Counted from the first letter of the stretch, positions 1-9,385 are shown. The stretch: 64,000 nt of DNA from Promethearchaeota archaeon (GCA_048940925.1 JBHLOC010000016.1:16989-80988), one strand, 5' to 3'. Numbers and translations: made by a program. Notes: generated by a model from the letters alone, not told the origin.

Positions 1-1794
1 GAAGAAAACAAAGATAGAAACACGATTATAAACGAAAGAAAAAAAGAAATTGAAAGTTTAGATATTGAAATTGAAAAGTTAATAGAGCTTAAAGATAAAT
101 ATTGGGATAATATATCTCAAATCCAAGATGATATCGAGAAAAAACAAACAGAATTAGAGACTTTAAGAATAAAGTTACAAGAATTACATGGAATTCAGAA
201 CTTATTCGAAAATATTACTGAAATTGATGAAAATATACAAAAATTAAATAGTGCAATAGATGATAAAAAGAATTTGATTATTAATACTGAAAATAGTATT
301 AATAAAATTCAAGAAGAGCAAAATTCTATTCAAAATGAAATTGATACTTATACTATACAAAAAGAAAAATTTTGGGAGATAACAGAAAAAATCCAGAAGC
401 AAATTGAAGATAAAAATAAGGAATTAGAAGAAACTATGGATCGTCTTAGGGCACTGGAAAATGTAATGAGAATTATCAATTCAATTGAGGATATTAAAAA
501 GGAAAATATTGATGCCAATAATAGTATTGAACAGTGTTTGAAAGATGTTGAAGTTTTCAACTCTCAAGTTGATGAAATTCAAAAAAATGTTGATCAAAGA
601 CAAGAAATAATAGATTCTCTTAGAAATGAAAAAAGTAAAGAATTGGAATTACAAAAAAAAGCCCAAAAGCAATTGAACAAGCTGAATAAAGATTTACAGA
701 AACACCAAGGAAAATTAAATGAATTAAATAAAAATAAAGAAAGAGAACAGAAAATTATAGAATTAGGTGTAGAGATACAAGACACTGAAAAACAAGTAGA
801 ATCCACTTTAAACGAATTAGAGAATTTTAAAGAAGAATTAAATAATGAAAATGAGAAAAAGGACAATAAGCAAAATGAAATTGATAATTATGTCCAAGAA
901 AAAGATCAATCATGGAAAAAACAAAAACAATTCCAAAAAATAATTACAGATTTGAAATCAGATCTGTCGATGGAAAATTCAAAAAAAAATAACTTTGAAT
1001 CTAAGAAAATTATATGCGCAGATCAAATAGAGACTTTGTTTCAACGATCCAAGGAATTTGGCTCATTACCAAGGGTAACCGAAGATTTATCAGAACCAGG
1101 GTTACAATCTGAAATAGTGGAAGCAACAAAGAAGAAGAAAGCTCTCGAACCTGTGAATTTAAAGGCAATTGAACAGTACGATGCAGTTAAAGAAAGATTT
1201 GATGAAATTGACATGCGTAGACAGACAATACAGAGAGAAAGAAAATCGATTTTAGATGCAATAGATAAAATAGAACTTGAAAAAACAAGAACATTTATGA
1301 AAGCATATCATGAGATTAACCGAGAATTTAGTATGATTTTTCAAAAACTCAGCCCTGGTGGTTCGGCCAAAATGATTTTAGATCGTCCTGATAAACCTTT
1401 TGAGGGTGGAATTAGTATTGAAGCTAGACCTCGAGGTAAAAAAATATCTAGCCTTGAAATTCTAAGTGGAGGCGAAAAAACACTCGTAGCACTCTCGTTT
1501 ATCTTTGCTGTTCAGGAATTTTATCCAGCACCATTTTATGTTATGGATGAGATTGATGCAGCCCTTGATGGTCCTAATGTGCATAGAGTAAGCACAGTAA
1601 TTCAAGAATTTTCAAAACAAGCACAATTCCTTGTAATAAGTCATAGGGAAGAAAATATTGTGAATGCAGACCGCATATATGGAGTTTCAATGCAGCAAAG
1701 TGGAATTACTGATATTTTTAGCGTAGATTTAGAGGAGGAGGCTAAACGACTCTTAGAGCTTGAAGATATTGAGCCTACAATTACAGAAAATTAA
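1..1794 (+). CDS. smc: Chromosome segregation protein SMC, C-terminal part (truncated by the window edge)
   Basis: The frame is open from base 1 (EENKDRNTII...) into ORF 274..1794. Long coiled coil, then PVNLKAIEQY, ABC signature LSGGEKT, Walker B/D-loop VMDEIDAALD and H-loop ISHR. Followed by scpA and scpB. Confidence 0.97.
   Translation, partial: EENKDRNTIINERKKEIESLDIEIEKLIELKDKYWDNISQIQDDIEKKQTELETLRIKLQELHGIQNLFENITEIDENIQKLNSAIDDKKNLIINTENSINKIQEEQNSIQNEIDTYTIQKEKFWEITEKIQKQIEDKNKELEETMDRLRALENVMRIINSIEDIKKENIDANNSIEQCLKDVEVFNSQVDEIQKNVDQRQEIIDSLRNEKSKELELQKKAQKQLNKLNKDLQKHQGKLNELNKNKEREQKIIELGVEIQDTEKQVESTLNELENFKEELNNENEKKDNKQNEIDNYVQEKDQSWKKQKQFQKIITDLKSDLSMENSKKNNFESKKIICADQIETLFQRSKEFGSLPRVTEDLSEPGLQSEIVEATKKKKALEPVNLKAIEQYDAVKERFDEIDMRRQTIQRERKSILDAIDKIELEKTRTFMKAYHEINREFSMIFQKLSPGGSAKMILDRPDKPFEGGISIEARPRGKKISSLEILSGGEKTLVALSFIFAVQEFYPAPFYVMDEIDAALDGPNVHRVSTVIQEFSKQAQFLVISHREENIVNADRIYGVSMQQSGITDIFSVDLEEEAKRLLELEDIEPTITEN
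52..1005 (+). repeat. About 3.5 tandem 90-aa (270-nt) repeats within the SMC coiled-coil arm
   Basis: Units start at 52, 322, 592 and 862: ESLDIEIEKLIELKDKYWDNISQIQDDIEKKQTEL / NSIQNEIDTYTIQKEKFWEITEKIQKQIEDKNKEL / DQRQEIIDSLRNEKSKELELQKKAQKQLNKLNKDL / DNKQNEIDNYVQEKDQSWKKQKQFQKIITDLKSDL. An identical 16-mer caaaatgaaattgata occurs at 331 and 871, 540 nt apart. Confidence 0.8.
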
Positions 1795-1807
1795 ATATTG
1801 TTGAAAT

Positions 1808-1813
1808 GGTGAT
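1808..1813 (+). promoter_or_regulatory. Shine-Dalgarno motif GGTGAT upstream of the proposed ATA start of scpA
   Basis: GGTGA at 1808-1812, a 6-nt spacer, then ATA at 1819. The same geometry precedes the ATG starts at 25216 and 26400. Confidence 0.65.
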
Positions 1814-1818
1814 TAATA

Positions 1819-2817
1819 ATATCAGAAGACCAAAAGCCAGAAAAAAAGTATAATTTTAGCCAGTGGATAGTAAAAGATTTAAGAGAATTTGCCTCCAAGA
1901 ATAATATAAAAATTCCATCAAAATCTAAAAAGAAAGATATCATAGAATTGTTAGAAAAAATTGTATCACATCCAGAATTTGTTGATCGATCTGAAGAACC
2001 AGAAGAATTGGAGGAAGAGCTAATAGCAGATTTTGATGACGAGGATGATCTTGCTTTATTAAGGAAAGAAAAAATGGATCTAAAATTTTGGCAGCAACCC
2101 CCATTTTCCAGTTTATTGGATACAGAATTAGCTAAAGAATCAGATATAGCTTTTTATGATTTAGCTAGTCTAGTTGATGAATTTTTCGATAATATGCTTC
2201 ACGAAGATTTAATTAACTATAAGATCTCCGGAATTGCATTAAAGACTTCAGCATCATTACATCATTATAAAATTACTAGTATAATAAAAGAAGAAGAACA
2301 AATTCAAAAAAAAGAAGAATTAGAACGATATCGACAAAGACATAGCAGATCAATACCAAAAGCTCTACCCCAACCAATACAACCTAAAATGCAAATTGCT
2401 ACAAAGGAGGAATTGTTTGATGCTATGAGATCTGCTATAATAGAAGTAATGCAAAGTAAAGAAAAATTAAAAAGAAGGAGGATGCGAAAAGAAGAATTAA
2501 AACAACAAAGAATACAATTGAGATCAAAAGCTCAATTACCAAAAGAACTTTTAAAACACATTAGTGGAAAAGATCAGACAATTGAAGAGTTACATGAATC
2601 ATGGTATAACAGGATAAAAGCTACAATTAATTTAGATGATAAAGAAACGAGTTTTTTTGATTTGACAAAAATTATTAAAGATGAAGAAGAAACTAGCATA
2701 GGTAGGAAATTTATTTTAGTAAGGATGTTTTTAGCTTTAATGTTTTTATCCACAGGAGGTAAATTGAATTTATCTCAAGATGAAGATTTTAAGAATATAT
2801 CTATAGATTTAAAATAA
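1819..2817 (+). CDS. scpA: Segregation and condensation protein A (kleisin ScpA) with N-terminal HeH/Rho-N/SAP-like module; ORF track start 1948, proposed true start ATA 1819
   Basis: Kleisin N-domain (PPFSSLL...YDLASLVDEF...SGIALKTSASLHHYK) and C-terminal winged helix (FLALMFLSTGGKLNLSQDEDFKNISI). Lies between smc and scpB. The frame is open upstream to the TGA at 1810. Confidence 0.88.
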   Translation: MSEDQKPEKKYNFSQWIVKDLREFASKNNIKIPSKSKKKDIIELLEKIVSHPEFVDRSEEPEELEEELIADFDDEDDLALLRKEKMDLKFWQQPPFSSLLDTELAKESDIAFYDLASLVDEFFDNMLHEDLINYKISGIALKTSASLHHYKITSIIKEEEQIQKKEELERYRQRHSRSIPKALPQPIQPKMQIATKEELFDAMRSAIIEVMQSKEKLKRRRMRKEELKQQRIQLRSKAQLPKELLKHISGKDQTIEELHESWYNRIKATINLDDKETSFFDLTKIIKDEEETSIGRKFILVRMFLALMFLSTGGKLNLSQDEDFKNISIDLK

Positions 2818-2843
2818 AATAATTATAGACAAATTAAAATCTC

Positions 2844-3749
2844 ATGAATAATTTAAACAAAAATTTAAAGGAAAATCCAGAGGAAGAACCTCTCGAAAAT
2901 ATTGAAGAAATCTCTGAAGTAGTTTCAAATGAAGGGAATGAAGCAGAAGAAATTAAAGAGAGTGATCAACAGGTTAAAGAAGTTTCTATTGATGAAGTCA
3001 GTAAAGATGAATTCGGTATCGATGAGAAAGGAGATACTATAGAAGAAAAATATGGGGATATTGAAGATGAGTATATAGAACGTGAAAATTTAGAAAATCT
3101 TGATGAGAGTGTTGAACTTAAACCTTTAGAGAGTGAACCGCTAGAAGAAGTATCATTAGAAGTACAACTCAGAGAATTTCATAGGAACTTAATTGAAGCT
3201 TCATTATATGCTGCAGGCAGGCCTCTGAGCATCGAAGAAATTTCGAATAAGTTAGAAATATCTAAAAAAGAAGTAGAAGAATTAATTAATTTGGTTGCTT
3301 TTGATTATATGGAACGATCGACAGCATTAGTTATAGCTCAAATTGGGGATAGATACCAAATGCAGATTAAACCAGAATATACAGAAAAAGTTTCTAAATT
3401 TGCTAAAGGAGGAGCTATTGCAGAGCGATATTTAAGAACCTTGACTATTATAGCTTTAAAACAACCAATTTTAAAATCAACCGTGGTAAAATTAAGAGGA
3501 TCTGGAGCATATGAACATGTAAAATATCTAATTGATAATGGATTTATAGATGCTGTCAAAAAAGGAAGAACTCATGAGTTAACTACAACAGATAAATATT
3601 CTGATATGTTCGGATTGCCGAAAGATAAAATTGAATTGAAACGTGTTATGATTAAACAATTAGGGGTAGAAGAAGTTACAAGTAGCGAACAACCAGAAGA
3701 AATTGAAGATGAACAGAACATAGATCAAGAAAAATTAGACAAAGAATAA
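2844..3749 (+). CDS. scpB: Segregation and condensation protein B (ScpB) with long acidic N-terminal extension
   Basis: IEASLYAAGRPLS...YQMQIKPEY...LRTLTIIALKQPI...LRG...TTDKYSDMFGL are typical ScpB tandem winged-helix motifs. The first ~110 aa are Glu/Asp-rich. Confidence 0.93.
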   Translation: MNNLNKNLKENPEEEPLENIEEISEVVSNEGNEAEEIKESDQQVKEVSIDEVSKDEFGIDEKGDTIEEKYGDIEDEYIERENLENLDESVELKPLESEPLEEVSLEVQLREFHRNLIEASLYAAGRPLSIEEISNKLEISKKEVEELINLVAFDYMERSTALVIAQIGDRYQMQIKPEYTEKVSKFAKGGAIAERYLRTLTIIALKQPILKSTVVKLRGSGAYEHVKYLIDNGFIDAVKKGRTHELTTTDKYSDMFGLPKDKIELKRVMIKQLGVEEVTSSEQPEEIEDEQNIDQEKLDKE

Positions 3750-3766
3750 ATCCAATTGTTAACAAT

Positions 3767-6367
3767 TTATTTGAAAAAATAAATTTTTATATCAAGATCT
3801 TCGATATTCTGCTTCAAATCTGATTCAACTTCAATAGATTTCTCTTCAGACTTATCAATAACTTCTATATTTGATATTCTATTTGTATTCATTATATCTT
3901 CTCTTGAGTCTATAATTTTATCCATTTGATTTTTATCAGTTATAAAGATCACTCTCTCAATCTCTTGATTTAAGGGTATTTGAAGCTGTGATTTGAGCAT
4001 TCTCAGATGTTTTATTAATTCAATAGCAAATTTACCTTTTTTAGAAAATTCCTCAGAAATGTTTTCATAGTTCATAGGCCACTTCTCTAAATGAATTGAT
4101 TTCAGATTTCTAAATTTTTTATAAATGACATGATATATTTCCTCAGAAATAAAAGGCATAATTATCGCTAAAATGTTCAATATTTTGTAAAATAAATTTA
4201 GAGCATGTTTCAATGAGGTTTTTCTAATGTTTGGATCTTCTATATAAAACTTATACTTTATTGCTTCGATGTATTGATCGCAAATATCATTCCAGAAAAA
4301 AGAACGTAAAAGCATTGTGGCTTCGTGCCAATTGTATGCGTCAAAATATTTAGTAATCAGCTCTAAGTTATTGTTAAATTCTGAATAGAAGAAACAATCA
4401 ATTGGAGATAAATCTTTAGGATTTATATTTAGGTCATTAATATCGACTTTATTTAAACTTAAAAATAAAAATCTATACGCGTTCCATATTTTAGTAATAA
4501 ATCTTGAAGCACCAACCAATTGTTCATACCTTATCCCATACTTTTTATTAAATTTATCTTCTGTAAGCTTGTTCTTTTCCTTTAAGATCTTTTCAATGGA
4601 GATTGGCTGATTAGATTGAAGATTAATCCAAGAAAATTCGAATGGATAATCATCACCAAGTGAACCCATTGCTGCCCAATACCTAAGAGTATCTGCTCCA
4701 AAATCAGGCATAACTTCATCTGGTGATACAGAATTACCAAGACTTTTAGACATATGCCGACCATCTGGACCAGCGACCATCCCATTTATCATTGCTTCAT
4801 AAAATGGAGATTTTCCAGTTAATTTTTTACATCGAAATAATGTATAAAATAACCAAGTTCGGATAATTTCATAGCCTTGAGGTCGATGAACTTTAGCATT
4901 CAAATAAATTTTTTCAAAAAAGGCATCATCTTCTTCCCATTTTGCTATTACTAAAGGAGTTATGCTTGAATCAATCCAACAATCACATATATCTTTTTCT
5001 CCTACAATCTTATTACTCTTACATTTAGGGCATTCCTCAACAGGTGGAGAAACTTTAACTGGATCTAATGGTAAATCCCCTTTATCTGGAGGTATTACAT
5101 AATCACAATCTTTACAATACCAAAAGGGTATAGGAGTTCCGAAAACTCGTTGTCGGGAAATAACCCAATTCCAATCCAGACCTTCAGCCCAATCGAGTAA
5201 TCTTTGTTTTTGTTTTTCTGGATACCATCTCATATTTTTTGCTGAATCAATAATCTCCTGAGTAAAATCTTTTACATTAATAAACCACTGATAAACTGGC
5301 AAATATTCAATGGGCTTGCGACAAGATGATCGTTCAGTATGGACAATAATACTATGTTCATAATCTTCTATTTTCTCAATTAGCCCCATCTTATCAAGAT
5401 CTTTGACAATTTGCTCTCTAGCTTCCATTATCGTTAATCCTTGATATTTAGAGTTCTTATTCATATGACCATCTTCAGTAAATATTTGGATCTCATCTAA
5501 ATTATATTCGATTTTCCATTTAATATCCATCTCATCTCCATATGTGCAAACATAGACAACACCAGTGCCAAAATTCATATCAACTGTGCTATCCATATAA
5601 ACTCGAACAGTACGGTTCGTAAAAGGAATTTCTATTTCAGCAGCAGATAGGTCATAATAACGATCATCATTTGGATTTACCATTACTGCAACACATGCTT
5701 CCATATATTCTGGACGTGTTGTAGCTATAGACACAAATTCATTGTCTCTACCTACGATTGGTAATTTTAAATACCATAATTTTCCTTTCTCTTCCTGATA
5801 TCCCACTTCTGCTTTAGCAACAGAAGTCTCGCAGTTAACACAAAAATGAGTTGGAAATTTTTCACGATATAACCATCCTTTTTCATAGAAATAAAGAAGT
5901 GATAATTGAACTTTATATTTATAATCATCATTCATAGTACGATACGTAAAATTCCAATCAGAAGAATATCCTAACTCATCAAATTGCCTTCTCATATTTT
6001 TAATATTGGCATCTACCCATTCAACACATTTTTCTAAGAAATCATCTCGTTGATGTTGAGAGATTCCATATTCTCTTTGTACGGCTAATTCCACAGGAAG
6101 ACCATGACAATCAAAACCTTGGGGGAAATAAACATTATCACCTTTCATTTTATGATATCTTGCTACGAAATCAATCCATGAATGATTTAAAATATGCCCC
6201 ATATGGAGATCTCCACTTACGAAAGGAGGTGGTGTATCAATGGTAAATACTTCATCCTTACAGTCTTCATCAAATGCATATATCTTATTTTCTTTCCAAA
6301 ATTTCATCCATTTTTTTTGAACTTCTTTAAAGTTAAACCGTTTTGGATAAATTGTTTCTTGTGCCAT
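3767..6367 (-). CDS. valS: Valine--tRNA ligase, archaeal-type
   Basis: FTIDTPPPFVSGDLHMGH, GFDCHGLP, ATTRPE, WVISRQRVFGTPIP, RPQGYEIIRTW and the KMSKS variant HMSKS. Lacks the bacterial C-terminal coiled coil. Confidence 0.93.
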   Translation of the reverse strand: MAQETIYPKRFNFKEVQKKWMKFWKENKIYAFDEDCKDEVFTIDTPPPFVSGDLHMGHILNHSWIDFVARYHKMKGDNVYFPQGFDCHGLPVELAVQREYGISQHQRDDFLEKCVEWVDANIKNMRRQFDELGYSSDWNFTYRTMNDDYKYKVQLSLLYFYEKGWLYREKFPTHFCVNCETSVAKAEVGYQEEKGKLWYLKLPIVGRDNEFVSIATTRPEYMEACVAVMVNPNDDRYYDLSAAEIEIPFTNRTVRVYMDSTVDMNFGTGVVYVCTYGDEMDIKWKIEYNLDEIQIFTEDGHMNKNSKYQGLTIMEAREQIVKDLDKMGLIEKIEDYEHSIIVHTERSSCRKPIEYLPVYQWFINVKDFTQEIIDSAKNMRWYPEKQKQRLLDWAEGLDWNWVISRQRVFGTPIPFWYCKDCDYVIPPDKGDLPLDPVKVSPPVEECPKCKSNKIVGEKDICDCWIDSSITPLVIAKWEEDDAFFEKIYLNAKVHRPQGYEIIRTWLFYTLFRCKKLTGKSPFYEAMINGMVAGPDGRHMSKSLGNSVSPDEVMPDFGADTLRYWAAMGSLGDDYPFEFSWINLQSNQPISIEKILKEKNKLTEDKFNKKYGIRYEQLVGASRFITKIWNAYRFLFLSLNKVDINDLNINPKDLSPIDCFFYSEFNNNLELITKYFDAYNWHEATMLLRSFFWNDICDQYIEAIKYKFYIEDPNIRKTSLKHALNLFYKILNILAIIMPFISEEIYHVIYKKFRNLKSIHLEKWPMNYENISEEFSKKGKFAIELIKHLRMLKSQLQIPLNQEIERVIFITDKNQMDKIIDSREDIMNTNRISNIEVIDKSEEKSIEVESDLKQNIEDLDIKIYFFK

Positions 6368-6549
6368 TTTAGACTCTAGCTAGAAGAATAATAAATATAA
6401 AAATACATAATATTTGATAACTTTATAAGATTTATTTAAATCTAATCTAAAAACTTCAAGAAATTAATTACAGGTTAAAAAATGAATAAGTAAAAGAGAA
6501 CTCAAATCTTAAATTTTTAATAGCTTTTTCATTTCTGATCTACTTTCCT

Positions 6550-9297
6550 TCAGCGTAGAATTTCAAGTTGTTCTTCGAGCATTTCCATTCTTTTTTTTAA
6601 TTGTTCTCGGTTTTCTCGCTCCCTTTGAACTATTTCTGGATTAGCTCGTATTGCAAAAGGTCCATTCAATTTTATTTCGCTCTTTTGTATTTGTTCAGCA
6701 ATAGATTCAATTTGTTTTGAAATACGTACAATTTCCATTTTTATGTCAATTATTTCTTCTAATGGAAGATATATTGCTATCCCTTGAAGAACGAATCGAG
6801 CAGAATGTCTTGGTACATTGGTTACATCAATTTTAAATTTATTTTTATCTATACGAGATAAAGTGATTATTTCTGAAGTGACACTCTCAATTAATCCCCT
6901 TTTTTCTCCAGTTTGTATAATCAATGGTATTTTCAAACCAGATTCTATATTGAACTCCCTTCTTGTTCGTCGAATTTCATGAATTATTGAAGTGATTAAA
7001 TCAAAATCCTTCTCGAGTGTGTTCTCTATTAATGATTCATCTGGTTCTGGCCATTTTGCTACAATTAAGGCAGGACCATCTTTTACCTCTTCTGGTAATG
7101 CCTGCCATAAAGTCTCTGTCAGAAAAGGTATGATAGGATGGAGAAGACGTAGTGATGTTTCTAAAACATACAGCAAAATTGATATTGGTATAATTTTATC
7201 TCGCTCTTTTTCATCATAAATCCGGATTTTAGAAATTTCAATATACCAATCACAAAATTGATCCCAATAAAACGACCTTATCGAACGAGCAGCGTTTAAA
7301 TAATCATATTCTTTATAAAAGTTATTAACTTGTTTTATCATTTTATTTAATCGAGAAACAATCCATCGGTCTCCAATATGAAGCTTTTCCATTAGATTTA
7401 AAGCTGAAAACCTTTCGATCTTTTCTGTTTTATCAAGGGTGCTAAGAATATAGTTTACAGATTGCCAGATCTTATTACAAAAATTTTTTGAGGCTCTAAG
7501 AAGCCCCTCTCCAAGATTTAAGTCTTTACCAGGCACCGTGTTTGCAATAAATGTAAATCGTAATGAGTCTGCCCCATATTTTTCAATAATCTTTAATGGA
7601 TCATATTCTTCAATGTTTTCCATTGATTTACTTATCTTCTTACCTTCTTCATTGCGAATCATTCCATGAAAATAACATAATCGATAAGGAGATTGTTTAG
7701 TTAATTCTAATCCTAACATCATTTCTCGAGCGACCCAGAAAAATAGAATATCATATCCTGTTTCACGTATGTCATTGGGATAAAATCTTTTTAAATCTTC
7801 ACTCTCCATATTTGGCCAACCTAAAGTTGCGAATGGCCATAACCCGGAAGAAAACCAAGTATCTAAAATATCCTCATCTTGCTTCAGATTTTTATCATTA
7901 CAAATAGGACAGTGAGCAGGTTCTTCCATTTCACAGATTTCATGCCCATTTGAGCAATACCATACTGGAATTTGATGTCCCCACCATAATTGACGACTGA
8001 TACACCAATCTCTTATATTCTCCATCCATTGATAAAATCGTAATTCTTCTCTTTCTGGTATCATCATAGTTATTCCACTTCTGACGGCATCAATGGCTTC
8101 TCTAGCAAGATTTTTCGTTCTAACAAACCATTGAGTTGAAATTCTTGGTTCAATAACAGTGTTACATCGTTGACAATGAGCGACAGTATGAGTATAAGGT
8201 TCAATTTTATCTAATAAGCCTTCTTTTTTCAAATCCCTGACTATTTCTTCTCGACATTTAAATCGATCTATATTTGCATATTTTCCAGAATATTTTGGAA
8301 CCATCTTTCCAGTTTCATCTATGACGGTTATAGCCTCTAAATCATACTTAATTCCAATTTCATAATCATTTGGATCATGTGCGGGAGTAATTTTTAGAGC
8401 TCCTGTTCCAAATTCAGGATCGACATATTTATCTTCAAAAACAGGGATTTCACGTCCAAGAACTGGTAATAAAGCGGTTTTTCCCTTATATTTAGAGTAT
8501 TGTGGATGGTTTATAGCAATAGCAATTGCGGTGTCACCTAATAATGTTTCGGGACGAGTTGTTGCTAGTATTATAAAATCTGTGGCACCTTCCGCCCATT
8601 TACCGGATGCCCATTCCGCTTTTGGTCCTTTCCATTTATCTGTTAAAATAGGATATTTCAAATACCATAAGTTACTCATGTGTTCTTCATTTTCGGCTTC
8701 TAAATTTGAGATCGCAGAGGTGCACCTTCCAGGACACCAATTTACCATATATGTTCCTCTATATATTAAACCTTTATCATAAAGGTGTTTAAATGCTGTT
8801 AACACAGCTTTATGATATTTCTCATCCAAAGTAAATCTATTGCGAGTCCAATCGCATGAAGCACCCATTCTTCTAGATTGGTCTAATATTATATCCTGAT
8901 GTTTATTAGTCCAATCCCATGCTATTTCAATAAATTTTTTTCGTCCAATATCTTTTCTATTAATCCCTTTTTTTGCTAATTCTCTTTCCACAACATTATG
9001 GGTAGCTATACTGGCATGGTCAGTCCCCGGAAGAAATAGAGTTTCTTTTTGGTTCATACGTTCATAACGAGTCATAAGATCTTCAAGTGTAATGACAATC
9101 GCATGTCCTAGATGAAGAACACCAGTTACATTCGGAGGTGGAAATGTTATACAAAAACGGGGTCCTTTCTCTTTTACTAATCCTAATTCTCGTTGTTTTT
9201 CAGGGCGAAAATATCCTTCTGATTCCCACCATTCATAGATACTTTTTTCAATTTTCTGTGGATCATGTACTTTTGATAAATTGTTGAAATCTAACAT
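6550..9297 (-). CDS. valS: Valine--tRNA ligase, bacterial-type
   Basis: PPPNVTGVLHLGHA, PGTDHA, FGTGALKITPAHDPND, RDWCISRQLWWGHQIP, DTWFSSGLWPF, ETGYDILFFWVAR and KISKS, plus a C-terminal coiled-coil tRNA arm (...ANPEIVQRER...). Confidence 0.95.
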   Translation of the reverse strand: MLDFNNLSKVHDPQKIEKSIYEWWESEGYFRPEKQRELGLVKEKGPRFCITFPPPNVTGVLHLGHAIVITLEDLMTRYERMNQKETLFLPGTDHASIATHNVVERELAKKGINRKDIGRKKFIEIAWDWTNKHQDIILDQSRRMGASCDWTRNRFTLDEKYHKAVLTAFKHLYDKGLIYRGTYMVNWCPGRCTSAISNLEAENEEHMSNLWYLKYPILTDKWKGPKAEWASGKWAEGATDFIILATTRPETLLGDTAIAIAINHPQYSKYKGKTALLPVLGREIPVFEDKYVDPEFGTGALKITPAHDPNDYEIGIKYDLEAITVIDETGKMVPKYSGKYANIDRFKCREEIVRDLKKEGLLDKIEPYTHTVAHCQRCNTVIEPRISTQWFVRTKNLAREAIDAVRSGITMMIPEREELRFYQWMENIRDWCISRQLWWGHQIPVWYCSNGHEICEMEEPAHCPICNDKNLKQDEDILDTWFSSGLWPFATLGWPNMESEDLKRFYPNDIRETGYDILFFWVAREMMLGLELTKQSPYRLCYFHGMIRNEEGKKISKSMENIEEYDPLKIIEKYGADSLRFTFIANTVPGKDLNLGEGLLRASKNFCNKIWQSVNYILSTLDKTEKIERFSALNLMEKLHIGDRWIVSRLNKMIKQVNNFYKEYDYLNAARSIRSFYWDQFCDWYIEISKIRIYDEKERDKIIPISILLYVLETSLRLLHPIIPFLTETLWQALPEEVKDGPALIVAKWPEPDESLIENTLEKDFDLITSIIHEIRRTRREFNIESGLKIPLIIQTGEKRGLIESVTSEIITLSRIDKNKFKIDVTNVPRHSARFVLQGIAIYLPLEEIIDIKMEIVRISKQIESIAEQIQKSEIKLNGPFAIRANPEIVQRERENREQLKKRMEMLEEQLEILR

Positions 9298-9385
9298 TTT
9301 TAATCAAATATAATGAAATTCTTAATGTGAAACTAATACTCTGATTGATTTTGAAATTAAATATTGGTTGTTTTTTATCTATAAA

